Source of the DNA: Candidatus Undinarchaeota archaeon
GTDB taxonomy: Archaea > SpSt-1190 > JASMDC01
Reading direction: 5' to 3'
Length of the DNA: 64,000 nt
Assembly: GCA_964519305.1 (NCBI GenBank)
Contig: CAZFHY010000005.1
Coordinates: 118,477-182,476, forward strand
Shown here: piece by piece, positions 20,607 through 31,229 of the stretch
Position numbering within the stretch: position 1 is the stretch's first letter
How the letters are laid out: each line of letters begins with the position of its first letter
Made by a program: the position numbers and the translations under genes
Notes under the pieces: generated by a model
Database searches by the model: none
Told to the model about the DNA's origin: nothing
What the model saw: the letters and a program-made list of their open reading frames with translations, nothing else

Positions 20607-22058
20607 ATGGCCGACCTAGTCCTCGTCCAACCCCGCATCGGGTTCGTTGACGAGGTAGTGTCCCCCTTCAGCCTACCCCTGGCACTGCTCCATGCTTGTT
20701 CCCGTGCAGTGGCCGATTTCGATGTGACGATCATCGACCAGCGCATCGATCCGCGGTGGAAGGAGACCCTCCGGCATGAGTTAGCGTCAGGACCACTGCT
20801 CGTCGGTTCCACGGCCATGGCCGGGCGACCCGTGGCCCATATGCTGGAGGCCGCCACCGTTGTCAAGAAGGAAACAACGGATGTGCCATTCGCCCTGGGC
20901 GGTATCCTGGGGACCATGCTCCCTGAGCTGGCACTGGCCGATCCGCGCATCGACATGGTCGTCCGTGGCGAGGGTGAAAAGACCCTCCCTGCACTCCTTG
21001 CGGCCCTTCGCGATGGCCGTCCGGTACACCGTGTGGCTGGCGTGTCGACGATCATTGACGGGCGCCCTGTGCACTCTCCGGACCGATCTCCCATAGAGCT
21101 CGATGCCCAGCCAGAGCTGCCCTACGACCTTGTGGACGTGGCGCGGTATACACCCATCCGTCTGGGAAGACGATCGATGGTCATGGAAAGCTCTCGGGGA
21201 TGCCCACATAGGTGCGCTTTCTGCTACAACACGGTCTACAATCGTCGACGGTGGCGAGGCCAGAGCGCCGAGCGCATGGTGGAACGGGTGCGATACGTGG
21301 TAGAACGGTTCGGTATCGGGAACGTACGTTTCGAGGATGAGAACCTGTTCGCGGACCTCGGTCGAGTCCGACGTTTCGCCCGACTCCTTGTCAACGAAGG
21401 GCTCGATGTAATCTGGGAGGCCCAAGGGGTTCGTGTAGAGTCCATCATGGCCTTTAACGAAGAGGATATGCAACTGCTGGAGCGCAGCGGATGTCGTCAG
21501 CTCAACTTCGGAGTGGAATCAGGTTCCCAGCCGGTACTGGACCGGGTGTGCAAGGACATCCGGGTAGAGGACGTCATGGCAGTGAACCAGCGTCTGGTGG
21601 GTTCGGATATAGCCCCTGTTTTCAACTTCATGTGCGGTTTCCCGGATGAAGGGCCAGAGGACCTACGTGCCACTGTCGACCTAATGTTCACGCTCCTTGG
21701 TGATAATCCCCGTGCCCGTGTACCGGGCGCCTTCATCTTCGTCCCTTATCCTGGAACGGCCCTGTATGAGGAGGCTGTGTCCTTGGGTTTCGACCCCCCC
21801 GATTCTCTGGCCCACTGGGCCGACGTTGCCGCCGACCATGTGGTAGTGCCGTGGGTGGGGGAAGATGAGCGCAAGGTCCTCGAGGGTCTGTCATTCCTCT
21901 CGATGTTCCTGGATGTTGGTTCCGGACAGCTGGCCATGAATCCCGCAGTAGCGGCGCTGGCAAGGCTCTACCGACCACTGGCACGAGCCCGGGTGGGACG
22001 TATGTACTTCGACCATCTATGGGAGCGGCGGCTGGCGCGTCGGTTCGTTCCCGAGTGA
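20607..22058 (+). CDS. Cobalamin-binding radical SAM protein
   Basis: N-terminal B12-binding-like domain (GG...RGEGE), SRGCPHRCAFC, FEDENLF, GVESGS, GFPDE, PYPGT. Confidence 0.9.
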   Translation: MADLVLVQPRIGFVDEVVSPFSLPLALLHACSRAVADFDVTIIDQRIDPRWKETLRHELASGPLLVGSTAMAGRPVAHMLEAATVVKKETTDVPFALGGILGTMLPELALADPRIDMVVRGEGEKTLPALLAALRDGRPVHRVAGVSTIIDGRPVHSPDRSPIELDAQPELPYDLVDVARYTPIRLGRRSMVMESSRGCPHRCAFCYNTVYNRRRWRGQSAERMVERVRYVVERFGIGNVRFEDENLFADLGRVRRFARLLVNEGLDVIWEAQGVRVESIMAFNEEDMQLLERSGCRQLNFGVESGSQPVLDRVCKDIRVEDVMAVNQRLVGSDIAPVFNFMCGFPDEGPEDLRATVDLMFTLLGDNPRARVPGAFIFVPYPGTALYEEAVSLGFDPPDSLAHWADVAADHVVVPWVGEDERKVLEGLSFLSMFLDVGSGQLAMNPAVAALARLYRPLARARVGRMYFDHLWERRLARRFVPE

Positions 22059-22061
22059 GCC

Positions 22062-23897
22062 TCAGGGTTGCACGAGCCATAGCCCGACCGAGCCATCAGG
22101 CAGAGTGAACGCTACCTTGGTCCTTCCGCGAGGTATTGCGGGGGGTACCGTCACACGTTTCTCACCGAGGCGGATCTCGTCAAAGGATGCTCTGACGAGG
22201 TACTCGCCCGGCGGTACGCTGAGGCCGATGAGGGACCGGTACTGGCCAGCACAAGGTCGCTCGCACGTCCCGCCCTCTACGGGTACGAACCTCACTTCGA
22301 TCACCCCTGCTGTCCCCCGGTCCAGTTCGAACCCCATCTCCCGGCAGATATCGGGTAGGTCCAGAGTTGCGGACACGTTTAGCTCGCCGGGGGCCGTGAC
22401 CACTTCGAACGGGACCACATCGGGGAGCGGACCGCATGTTCGGTCCAGAACATCCACGTCCGTGATGCTCACGGTGAATGGGCCTCCGGGGGTGAGCAGC
22501 ATGGTCCCCGCGGGCAGTGGGGGTCGCTCGAAGGAGAGCCCGGTCCCATCCCATCCACTTGCCAGATACCTGTCGGGGAGCACGCGTCTATGGAAGAGCA
22601 CTTGGGCATAAGCGTTCTCGATAGCGGGGTCGATCGCCAGGGACGTCCCCGTTTCAATTGCATCAAGGGCCGTCCGGAGCGGCTCCCCTGTGGCCAATGC
22701 CACATCGGGGAGAGCGGGGTAATCGACGAGACGCTCGGCCTGGACCGTAGCGAAGGAGAGCGCGATAAGACAAGCAATAATGAGTGTCACGTTTTCCCCG
22801 TGACGACGCCGCATGACGCCGAGGGCATAGGCCGCGAGCAGGTGCGGGAGTGGTAGCAGGGCAATCGCCCTACGTGCCTGTGCTACCTCAATGTCGGTGG
22901 CAGCACCGGCCAATGGGAAGATCATGAGCCAAGCCACCAGTGCCCACCGCCCCTCGCGTAGGGCGAGCCCGAGCCCCAGCAGTGCAAGCACTGCGGTCAC
23001 CGGTTCCAACAGGCCGCGCTCGGGAAGGCCGTTGAGGGGATCGGGATCCCCTGAGAAGAAAAGGAACGATGGCGATATGTGAAGGGAATAGTTACGCAGG
23101 AAGCGGAGCGTCGTGGCCGCGAGCGGTGACGTCGTACCAAAACGCGCCATGTCGAGCCTGACTACCTCGTCGGAGGCGATCGACAACATCCCTATTCGAG
23201 CATCCGCCCGGTCAGGATGTGTGATGTGAAGCTTGACGAGCGGCGCGAGGATAAGGGCCGCTGCCAGCACCCCTAACAGGAGATATCGTTTTTGGCCCGC
23301 GAGTTCACGCCGGCGTAGCACTAGCACGGCGTATGCGAGAAGGGGGAGAAATGCCTTCCCCACAGCGTAGGAGTACATCCCAAGTGCTAGAGCGGGTCCG
23401 GCAAGAACGAGATCCCGTCCCTTGCCCATGAGGAAGTATAGCGAAAGCGCCGTCCAGAATGGCAGGAGCACAGGCTCCAATGCAAGCCGGCTGAAGTGGA
23501 TGTGCCATGGGCACACTGCAAGAAGCAAGGCTGCCACACGGGCTTCCCGGGGTCCTATGAGACGTCGGGCGAGCAGGTAAGTGGCCGCCACTCCTGCGAT
23601 GCCGAACAGCGCCGAGACCGCACGGACCGAGGTGGTAGATAGTCCGAGCACCGCGACAAGCGGCATTGTGGCATAGACGTTCACCGGGTCCTTGTAATCA
23701 CCGAAGGACTCGAGGTAGACAGGCCACGGATTGTCTCGGTGGTCGCGACCCGTGAGTAGAAGTGACCAGGCATCGTACCCGATGGAGGCCTCGTCGAAGG
23801 TGAGGCCTGGAGGACTTTGGTCGAGGGCCGGGAGACGGAGCAGGGCTGCCAGGACCAGCACGACCATCATCCCCTGCCATCCACCTCGGACAGTCAT
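22062..23897 (-). CDS. GT-C/GT39 (ArnT/PMT-like) membrane glycosyltransferase
   Basis: LLRL...FDEASIGYDAWSLLLTGRD, PWHIHFSR, multiple TMs; start ATG 23897 chosen. Confidence 0.85.
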   Translation of the reverse strand: MTVRGGWQGMMVVLVLAALLRLPALDQSPPGLTFDEASIGYDAWSLLLTGRDHRDNPWPVYLESFGDYKDPVNVYATMPLVAVLGLSTTSVRAVSALFGIAGVAATYLLARRLIGPREARVAALLLAVCPWHIHFSRLALEPVLLPFWTALSLYFLMGKGRDLVLAGPALALGMYSYAVGKAFLPLLAYAVLVLRRRELAGQKRYLLLGVLAAALILAPLVKLHITHPDRADARIGMLSIASDEVVRLDMARFGTTSPLAATTLRFLRNYSLHISPSFLFFSGDPDPLNGLPERGLLEPVTAVLALLGLGLALREGRWALVAWLMIFPLAGAATDIEVAQARRAIALLPLPHLLAAYALGVMRRRHGENVTLIIACLIALSFATVQAERLVDYPALPDVALATGEPLRTALDAIETGTSLAIDPAIENAYAQVLFHRRVLPDRYLASGWDGTGLSFERPPLPAGTMLLTPGGPFTVSITDVDVLDRTCGPLPDVVPFEVVTAPGELNVSATLDLPDICREMGFELDRGTAGVIEVRFVPVEGGTCERPCAGQYRSLIGLSVPPGEYLVRASFDEIRLGEKRVTVPPAIPRGRTKVAFTLPDGSVGLWLVQP

Positions 23898-23930
23898 CGC
23901 CCCTCCTGAGTCTCCCAAGGCATTTAAAGC

Positions 23931-24689
23931 ATGTCCGTCCCATCCGCGAGCGTGACTGGGCCCTTCGAGGAGCGGTATGCGTCCTGGATGCACCGGACGC
24001 GTTGGGACGCCACCCTTGTGTGGCGTATCAGGACATTGCTCAATCCTCTGCCCGGAGATACCCTTGTCGATGTGGGATGCGGTGCCGGTCACCTCTGCAT
24101 CGCTATGGGGCAGCGAGGGTTACAATGTATTGGGATCGACAGTTCACCGGCCGGTTGTCGTGTGCTGGAAAAACGTGGTGGTGCCGCGGTCCTTGGGGAC
24201 ATGAATGTACTTCCACTTCCGGACGCTGCGTTCGACCTGGCCGCATGTAGCCATGTGCTCGAGTATACGCTCGATCCCATCAGTTTCCTTACCGAGGTCC
24301 GACGTGTTCTCCGTCCAGGAGGGCGCGTCTATGTGCTCGTGTCACGTCCGCCCGAGCGTGTGACGCTGCCACTTCGGCCAGTCGTCAGACACTTCGACCG
24401 CGTAGGGAAACGGCAGGCCCATCTTGACGTGGACGAGCTGATAGCTGCTGCGCGAGAGGCCGGTCTTGAGCCTATTGCCACGGGCATGAGCGGACACCTC
24501 ATCATGGTCAAGGCGGCAGTGATCCACTGGATCATCGCTCTCGTATCCCGGGACGTCGCGGACAGGCTCCTGTTCCCATTACTCTCTCTTGATGACCGAC
24601 TTGCGGGACTGGTCGGAGGCGGTGTTGACGCGTGGGCCGTATTCCGGCGCCCAAAAGAGGAACATCAGGAGCCGGACAACACCCGGTAG
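23931..24689 (+). CDS. Class I SAM-dependent methyltransferase
   Basis: VDVGCGAG, LPLPDAAFD, VLE, RVLRPGG. Confidence 0.9.
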   Translation: MSVPSASVTGPFEERYASWMHRTRWDATLVWRIRTLLNPLPGDTLVDVGCGAGHLCIAMGQRGLQCIGIDSSPAGCRVLEKRGGAAVLGDMNVLPLPDAAFDLAACSHVLEYTLDPISFLTEVRRVLRPGGRVYVLVSRPPERVTLPLRPVVRHFDRVGKRQAHLDVDELIAAAREAGLEPIATGMSGHLIMVKAAVIHWIIALVSRDVADRLLFPLLSLDDRLAGLVGGGVDAWAVFRRPKEEHQEPDNTR

Positions 24690-26356
24690 AGCATGACGCT
24701 CCGAGCCTTCTCTGTATCGATCCATGAGCGACACGTACCCGCGCGGGCCGCCACCTCAAGGGGCAAGGTCCGTTGGACCGTCGCACTTTCACGGACCGGC
24801 ACCCAGTCAGCGCATGTGTCCAGATAGAGGACACACTCGCTCCGTGCTAGAGCCCGGAGCCGGTCGCGTAGCTTGACATCACCGGCGGCCGCACGGACGT
24901 CAACAGCTGGGCTACCGGTATAGAACGCCGTGGCCAGCGGGATAGGGGATACCATGGTGCATTCCCTGAAAGGGGATGAGGCCAGCCATTGACCGGTGCG
25001 CGCGTTCTGGAAGAACAGGTCGTCTAGAGGGCCCGCTGCCGTCCCTGCATTCCCGCTATGGAGCTGGAGCATCGCTGCTGACCCCTGAGTATGGAACCGG
25101 AGGAGCATTATCACCAGCAAGGCCGCCGCCGTCCGACCACCGCCCGGGAACGAGTTCGCGAGCGCACCTAGACCGACACCGGCAAGCACAGGTAGCAGGC
25201 ACACTGCGTTGAAAACATGGCGTGGATCAGAGGCGAAGAAGCTATTGGCCGCGATGAGCGCTATTACATAACCCAGCACAAGTACATGGCCGCGCTGTGG
25301 TCGTGCTGCCACACCAGCGATTGCCAGAAGTGTGGCCCACACGACCAGCGGGTCCACGTCACCCCACTGGTTCCCAAGCACCCTTATCATAGGATCGTCC
25401 GACGGCTCGGGCGGCCCTGGAGTCCAGTAGCGGACACCGGCGAAAACATGGAGGAGGTAACCCGGTAATGATCCATTGGTCCCGATGTCCGATCCCTCTT
25501 TGAGGACCTTGTCGAAAGAGAACTCCTCGAAGGCGCCCTCTGCCCAGGGAGATGGGAGCCCGCCTTCGGGCGCAGCACCCGGCGGGAGCGCTGCGAGGAG
25601 TAGGAGAGAGGGCACCAGCGCTACCGCTGTGAAGAGAGCCGCTCGTCGAACCCCCGTGCCATACCAGAGGTAAAGAGCGATAACGGGAACTACCACCGTA
25701 TCGGCCGTGCGCACCTGAGTAGCAAGACCTGCTGCGATGGCGGCCGCCACTGTCCATGGGAATGCCCGGCCTCGACGGGATGAATAGACCGCAAGGACCA
25801 GGGCCAGGAGCGTCAGGGTAAAGGAGGAGGACGCGCTCCACCCTGTGACCGAGTAGCGTATGTGCTCAGGACTGAGAGCGATAAGAGCGGCCGCTGCGAG
25901 CGCGCCCCAATGATCACGGAACAGAATGTATACAAGCACAAAGATCAGGGGGACCGCGAGGGTTCCCGCGATCGCTGACACAAGGGCTGCTGCCCGGTCC
26001 GTGCCGCCCAGGAGAGCGAGCGGTATTGTCGTGAGGGCGGCGTAGCCCGACCGATGTGCGGGCGGGAGCAGGTGGAGGTTCAGAGGATAGCCCGCCCGTT
26101 GGTATACCAGCATGTGGCGAGCCGATAGGAGTACCTCGTACTCGTCCGAGTACACTATCGCTGCTGCCTCGATGTTGCTGAGGCGGAGCCCCGCAGCCAC
26201 TAGTACAAGCAGGAGGAGACAGTTGCGCACCTCGTGGGGAAGGTCGAGCACTTCACGTCGATGGCGTCGAACGAGCAGCACAAGAACGAGAGCGAGGGCC
26301 CAGATCATGAGATGCAGCATGACGGGTACGAGCGTGAGGGGATCGAGCGCGCCCAT
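24665..26356 (-). CDS. GT-C/GT39-like membrane glycosyltransferase
   Basis: LRL...YSDE, multiple TM helices, SPEHIRYS, PRH motif. Confidence 0.75.
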   Translation of the reverse strand: MGALDPLTLVPVMLHLMIWALALVLVLLVRRHRREVLDLPHEVRNCLLLLVLVAAGLRLSNIEAAAIVYSDEYEVLLSARHMLVYQRAGYPLNLHLLPPAHRSGYAALTTIPLALLGGTDRAAALVSAIAGTLAVPLIFVLVYILFRDHWGALAAAALIALSPEHIRYSVTGWSASSSFTLTLLALVLAVYSSRRGRAFPWTVAAAIAAGLATQVRTADTVVVPVIALYLWYGTGVRRAALFTAVALVPSLLLLAALPPGAAPEGGLPSPWAEGAFEEFSFDKVLKEGSDIGTNGSLPGYLLHVFAGVRYWTPGPPEPSDDPMIRVLGNQWGDVDPLVVWATLLAIAGVAARPQRGHVLVLGYVIALIAANSFFASDPRHVFNAVCLLPVLAGVGLGALANSFPGGGRTAAALLVIMLLRFHTQGSAAMLQLHSGNAGTAAGPLDDLFFQNARTGQWLASSPFRECTMVSPIPLATAFYTGSPAVDVRAAAGDVKLRDRLRALARSECVLYLDTCADWVPVRESATVQRTLPLEVAARAGTCRSWIDTEKARSVMLYRVLSGS

Positions 26357-26365
26357 GGGGTCGCC

Positions 26366-27541
26366 CTACGCTTGCTGTGCGCCACCGCGGCCGAGAATGA
26401 TGGCCACCACGAGCACCAGGACCACAACGCCCATGATGAGGAGGGTGGACGAGTCGCCCCCGCTGCCGCCACCGGCTCCGGGCTCGGGCCAGCCTGTCTC
26501 GTAGATCATGTCCCCTGGCTGGGGGGAGTTGGTGCCTGCAGGCCATACGCGAACCGCTGTCCTGTATCCGCTAAGGTCCGCGAGCTTGGGTATGCGCGCT
26601 TGCATCCAATTGCGACCGAACACAACCGCCATTTTCTCAGTGGACAGTTCCTTTAATGAGGGCGTGTGCTGGTAGAGATGGTACTCCTTGCTCAGTTTGA
26701 TGTTGGCAGCGTAGTCGGCGCGCGCATCACCGTCGGTATCGAACATTATGTCGTAGATATGGAACGGATTATTGCTGTCGGTATGGAGGTCGATCTTGAG
26801 GTAGATGTACTCGGTGTCCTCCTTGATGGCGAGCGAGCGCAGGTCTGTCCCAAGGTCGTGGTCCCCTTGTGCATCCGTGGCCAGCGGGGCAACCCCTTGC
26901 CAGCTCACGCCCTGCCAAACAGGGGCGGGCGTGGGCGTGGGGGCGGGTGTCGCGGTAGGAAGGAGCGTGACGGCAACAGGTGGTGCATCCCCTCCGCCCG
27001 GAGGGTACTCGGTCCACTCGGGATTGTCTATCCGGTCGGAGCCCTCTTCAAAATCCCCGAAAGGCCAGACTGTAAGCTGGACCTTTAATCTGTAGTCACC
27101 GTTCGTGATGTTGAGCGGGATCCTGATCTGGACCTCGGTTCCCCGGTACATTATCGCCGTGTTCCCCGGCCGGCTCAGTTCCCGTGCGAACTCACCGTTC
27201 ACGTTCTTCGTCTCGTACCAAAGGACAGTACCACGAGGGAAGAAATTTGTTGCGTAGCCCACGACGTCTTCCGTGGGCTCGAATAGGTCAAGAGCGAACT
27301 CGTAGTTGGTACTCGGCTGTACCGGTGTATGATGGTCCACCTTGATGTACAGGTATTCGCTGTCGTGGGTTATGTAGAGCGCCTTTAGGTCCACGTCCCC
27401 GAATCGATGGTCGTCCTGCGGGTCTTCCGCCAGGGGTCTGATGCGACCCCAGTCCATACCTTCCCACAAAGCCCTAGGGATGGCAATGGCTGGTTGAAGG
27501 AGCAGTGCAACGAGCAGCAAGGCGACTACCGCCGACCTCAT
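26366..27541 (-). CDS. Secreted, C-terminally anchored protein with two tandem DOMON-like beta-sandwich repeats
   Basis: Signal peptide; WxGxxW...D.xxD...DL+xLxIxxDxEYxYxKxD occurs twice; PT linker; C-terminal TM. Confidence 0.7.
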   Translation of the reverse strand: MRSAVVALLLVALLLQPAIAIPRALWEGMDWGRIRPLAEDPQDDHRFGDVDLKALYITHDSEYLYIKVDHHTPVQPSTNYEFALDLFEPTEDVVGYATNFFPRGTVLWYETKNVNGEFARELSRPGNTAIMYRGTEVQIRIPLNITNGDYRLKVQLTVWPFGDFEEGSDRIDNPEWTEYPPGGGDAPPVAVTLLPTATPAPTPTPAPVWQGVSWQGVAPLATDAQGDHDLGTDLRSLAIKEDTEYIYLKIDLHTDSNNPFHIYDIMFDTDGDARADYAANIKLSKEYHLYQHTPSLKELSTEKMAVVFGRNWMQARIPKLADLSGYRTAVRVWPAGTNSPQPGDMIYETGWPEPGAGGGSGGDSSTLLIMGVVVLVLVVAIILGRGGAQQA

Positions 27542-27696
27542 GAGCGTTGTTTGGCCGGGAAGTATTAAAAAGATGATGGCGGCGCCGGAGATTGACTTAA
27601 TAGGGGCCGCGCCCCCATCGTGGGTTCGATTATCACACGACCACCCCATGAGAAACGTTAAAAGAGCGATTCACCCGCGTCCCGCAGTAACGATCG

Positions 27697-28596
27697 GTGT
27701 CGACCATCATGACCGTCTACGCGCTCGAGGACGTCGTTGGGGTATACCATGCCAAGGGTACCGAAGAACTGGCCGCTGATCAGTGTGACTATGAGTTCAC
27801 TGCGGGTGCCTGGTTGCCTTACGAAGTACCGCCTGCGGTCTCGGACGCGGTCAAGGGACTCGTCGAGGAGCGCATGCCCGGCTACCATTATCTCGGCGGC
27901 GGCAAGGACTGTCGCGCCTTTGTGAACGAGGATGTTGGGAAGGTGCTGAAGGTCTATGCATCGTGGACCTCGGAAGCGAAGGAACGACTCAAGAGCAACG
28001 ATGGCTCTCTTCCGGTGAACGCTCTCAAGGACCTGTATCGGCACGCTCCGCCATTCGAGCTAGAGCACATGGAGGAGGAGCTGGCGAATAACTTTGCCCT
28101 TTCCTCCGCACCCTCGATGCAGGAAACCCTTGCCCGTCACTGCGTGGACGTCCCCCGGTTCTACGGCCACATCACTATCGCTTACAACGATGACATCGCT
28201 CTCCACATCGCCGTCCAGGAGTACACACCGCAGCAGGGTGGTCGTATGCAGATGTGGAACGATGACGCTGTCGTTGACGGGAATCGCCTGCGGGTGGAGC
28301 GTGATGGGAAGGAGGTCGGACTCTTCGACTCTCTTCGCTCCGAGGGCATCTATCTCGATACCGGGACGACGAACAACTTCATGGTCCGCAGCGATCGCTC
28401 CCTTCGCACAGCAGGATTCGGGAACGCGGCTCCAGAGACGACGGTCATCCCTCAGGACCCCTCGGAGCACGAGTTCACCATGACCTACGTTGACTGGATG
28501 AATGCGTCGAGCCAAGTGACACAACGCGCTCGTAGCGAGGTAGATAGTACGGGTGAGCTCTCACCCGACGAGTTCTGGTCGGTCATCTCCTCGTAG
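27697..28596 (+). CDS. Hypothetical protein, probable protein-kinase-like fold
   Basis: YLGGGKD Gly loop, KVLKVY, VPRFYG, VQEY hinge, LDTGTTNNF catalytic-loop-like segment, YVD. Confidence 0.55.
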   Translation: MSTIMTVYALEDVVGVYHAKGTEELAADQCDYEFTAGAWLPYEVPPAVSDAVKGLVEERMPGYHYLGGGKDCRAFVNEDVGKVLKVYASWTSEAKERLKSNDGSLPVNALKDLYRHAPPFELEHMEEELANNFALSSAPSMQETLARHCVDVPRFYGHITIAYNDDIALHIAVQEYTPQQGGRMQMWNDDAVVDGNRLRVERDGKEVGLFDSLRSEGIYLDTGTTNNFMVRSDRSLRTAGFGNAAPETTVIPQDPSEHEFTMTYVDWMNASSQVTQRARSEVDSTGELSPDEFWSVISS

Positions 28597-28651
28597 GTAC
28601 GAACGCCGCACATACGCGGCAGAGAAATCTCACTTATCCGATAACAACTTG

Positions 28652-28696
28652 AAAAATAAAGGTCGGGGAGGGGCGCGATAGCCCCTCCCCTTCTTC
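28652..28696. terminator. Hairpin terminator between convergent genes
   Basis: GGGGAGGGGC-gcgata-GCCCCTCCCC flanked by an A-run on the left and TTCTTC on the right. Confidence 0.7.
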
Positions 28697-28712
28697 ATGT
28701 TCTACTGTCGAC

Positions 28713-31229
28713 CTACCAGTCAAGCTCCGGATCGTCCACGAGACCCTTGCCGGTCGCAGCGTCCAGCAGGATGCGCTGCTCCACGGCCGCAACGAGGTTC
28801 TTGGTCGCCTTCACGGTGTCCGGGTTCACCGACACGCTGTCGATGCCGCACTTGATGAGGAACTTCGTGAAGTTCGGGTAGAAGCTCGGCGCCTGCCCAC
28901 AGATCGAGACGGTCTTGCCTTCTTTGTGGGCCACCTTGATCAGGTGCTTGATGGCACGCTTGACCACCAGGTTCCGCTCGTCTGCTATGTGGGCGATGGT
29001 GTCCGAATCCCGGTCCAGCCCCATAAGGAGCATGGTCAGATCGTTGGAACCGATGGAGTACCCGTCAACGTACTTGTTGAACTGGTCGGCCAGGATGATG
29101 TTGGAGGGGATCTCCGCCATCACCCAGATCTGGAAGTCCGGACCCCGCTTGAGGCCGTTCTCCTCCATGATGGCCACCGTCTTGCGGCACTCTTCGACGG
29201 TGCGGCAGAACGGAATCATCACGTGGATGTTGGTAAGCCCGTACTCATTGCGACAGCGCTTGATCGCCTCAAGTTCCAGCTTGAAGGCCTCGATGTACTT
29301 GTCGTCGTAGTACCGCGAGGCACCACGCCATCCGAGAAGAGGCGCAGGCTCCCTGGGTTCGTACTTCTCGCCTCCCTCCAGATCCCTGTACTCGCTGGAC
29401 TTGAAGTCCGCGAGGCGCAGGATCACAGGGCGGGGGCTCATGGCCTGGGCCACGGTCCGGATGCCCTCTGCCAGCTGGTCAACAACGACCTCGGGCTGAC
29501 CGATCTCGATGAGGTGGAGGGGATGCTTACCGATGAAGGTGCCCCAGATGAACTCTTCCCTCATGAGCCCGATGCCGTCGCACGGCAACTTGGCGTACTC
29601 CTCGGCCATGTCAGGATTACCTAGGTTCATGTATACCTTGGTGCCTGTGGCCTGGAAGAACTCGGCCGCCACGGTCCCTGTAGCGGGAGCCGCCTTGGCC
29701 TCGGCCTTCTTCACTGCCTCTTCCAGAACACCCTCGTACACGACACCAGCACTGGCGTCCACGGTTATCATGTCGCCGTTCTTGAGGATGTCAGTTACGC
29801 GTGTGCCCTTGTTGGCTGTGCCTACGATACAGGGAATGCCCATCTCGCGGGAAACGATGGCCGCATGGCAGGTCTTGCCACCAGAGTTGGTGACAATGGC
29901 CAGCGCCTTCTTCATGGCCGGTACCCAGTCAGGATCGGTCATCTCGGTGACGAGGATGGTGCCCTTCTCGAAGGTGTTGAGCACGTTTGCCTTCCAGTCC
30001 TTCTCGAGCTGCTCGGCCTCTTTGGTCTTGCCCTCGGCCTCGAGCTTCTCCATCTGCTCCTCGAGCTCGTCCTTTGGGTACACCATGGCCTTGCCGAACA
30101 CCATGCCAGGCGAGGCAGCAGTACCCTTCACGATGACGTTGCGCTCGCTTGTGGTGGCAACGCCGGCAGCGGCTCCGGCCTCGGCAGGAGCAGCGGCCTC
30201 GGGCGCGGCCTTCTGAGACCAGACTGTCTCGGGGCGCGCCTGCAGGATGAACAGCTGGTTAGTGCGCTCGTCAAGACCCCACTCGATGTCCATATGTCGA
30301 CCGTAGTGGTCCTCGATCTTCCTAGCGTAGTTTGCCAACTCGATAATCTGGTCGTCATTGAGCACCTGGGACTTACCGTCCTCCGGGGGTACCTTGACCT
30401 CCAGCACGCCTCCCTCAGGCTTGCGGATGAGCTGGACGTTCTGGATATTGACGTCCTTGTCCACGATCTGACCGGTGGCCTTGGACACAGTGTAGTTGTC
30501 CGGGGACACCTTGCCCTGAACCACGTATTCACCCAAGCCGTAAGCGGCCTCGATGTCAACCTGATCTCGGTTGCCGTTGGACACATTGAGTGTGAACATC
30601 ACACCAGCGGACTTTGAGAACACCATTAGCTGGACGACGGCCGAGAGAGCCACCTCCATGTGCTCGAAACCCTTCTGTACGCGGTAGTAGATAGCGCGGT
30701 CGGTGAAGAGCGATGCATAGCAGTGCTTCACCATCTCGATGACCTGCTCGGCGCCAAGGACGTTGAGGTAGGTCTCCTGCTGTCCGGCAAAGGACGCGTC
30801 AGGAAGGTCCTCTGCGGTGGCGCTCGACCGGACCGCCACATAAGGAAGGTCCGTTGTACCGGTCTGGGCCTGGTACTTGGCAGCGAGCTCAAGGTAGGCC
30901 TTGCGGAATGCCTCGGCCAGTTCGGGGGGGATATCCGCGGACTTCACGGTCTCGCGGAGTTCCTCGCCCACCTTCTGGAGCATCTGTGAGTCCTCGGGAT
31001 CAGTGAGCTGCGAGAGTATCTGTCCAATTTTGTCCCGCAGGCCACTCTTCTTGATGAAGACATCATATGCGGCCGCGGTGGTCGCGAACCCATAGGGCAC
31101 GGGGACCTTGGTCTGGGAGGTCATCTCCCCGAGCGAGGCGGACTTCCCGCCCACCAGGGGCACATCTGTGTTCCGCAGTTCGTCGAACCACAGTACGAAC
31201 TTCTGTTCTCTGGGTACATCTTCAGGCAT
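28713..31229 (-). CDS. ppsA: Phosphoenolpyruvate synthase
   Basis: [63 protein letters not shown]. Confidence 0.97.
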   Translation of the reverse strand: MPEDVPREQKFVLWFDELRNTDVPLVGGKSASLGEMTSQTKVPVPYGFATTAAAYDVFIKKSGLRDKIGQILSQLTDPEDSQMLQKVGEELRETVKSADIPPELAEAFRKAYLELAAKYQAQTGTTDLPYVAVRSSATAEDLPDASFAGQQETYLNVLGAEQVIEMVKHCYASLFTDRAIYYRVQKGFEHMEVALSAVVQLMVFSKSAGVMFTLNVSNGNRDQVDIEAAYGLGEYVVQGKVSPDNYTVSKATGQIVDKDVNIQNVQLIRKPEGGVLEVKVPPEDGKSQVLNDDQIIELANYARKIEDHYGRHMDIEWGLDERTNQLFILQARPETVWSQKAAPEAAAPAEAGAAAGVATTSERNVIVKGTAASPGMVFGKAMVYPKDELEEQMEKLEAEGKTKEAEQLEKDWKANVLNTFEKGTILVTEMTDPDWVPAMKKALAIVTNSGGKTCHAAIVSREMGIPCIVGTANKGTRVTDILKNGDMITVDASAGVVYEGVLEEAVKKAEAKAAPATGTVAAEFFQATGTKVYMNLGNPDMAEEYAKLPCDGIGLMREEFIWGTFIGKHPLHLIEIGQPEVVVDQLAEGIRTVAQAMSPRPVILRLADFKSSEYRDLEGGEKYEPREPAPLLGWRGASRYYDDKYIEAFKLELEAIKRCRNEYGLTNIHVMIPFCRTVEECRKTVAIMEENGLKRGPDFQIWVMAEIPSNIILADQFNKYVDGYSIGSNDLTMLLMGLDRDSDTIAHIADERNLVVKRAIKHLIKVAHKEGKTVSICGQAPSFYPNFTKFLIKCGIDSVSVNPDTVKATKNLVAAVEQRILLDAATGKGLVDDPELDW

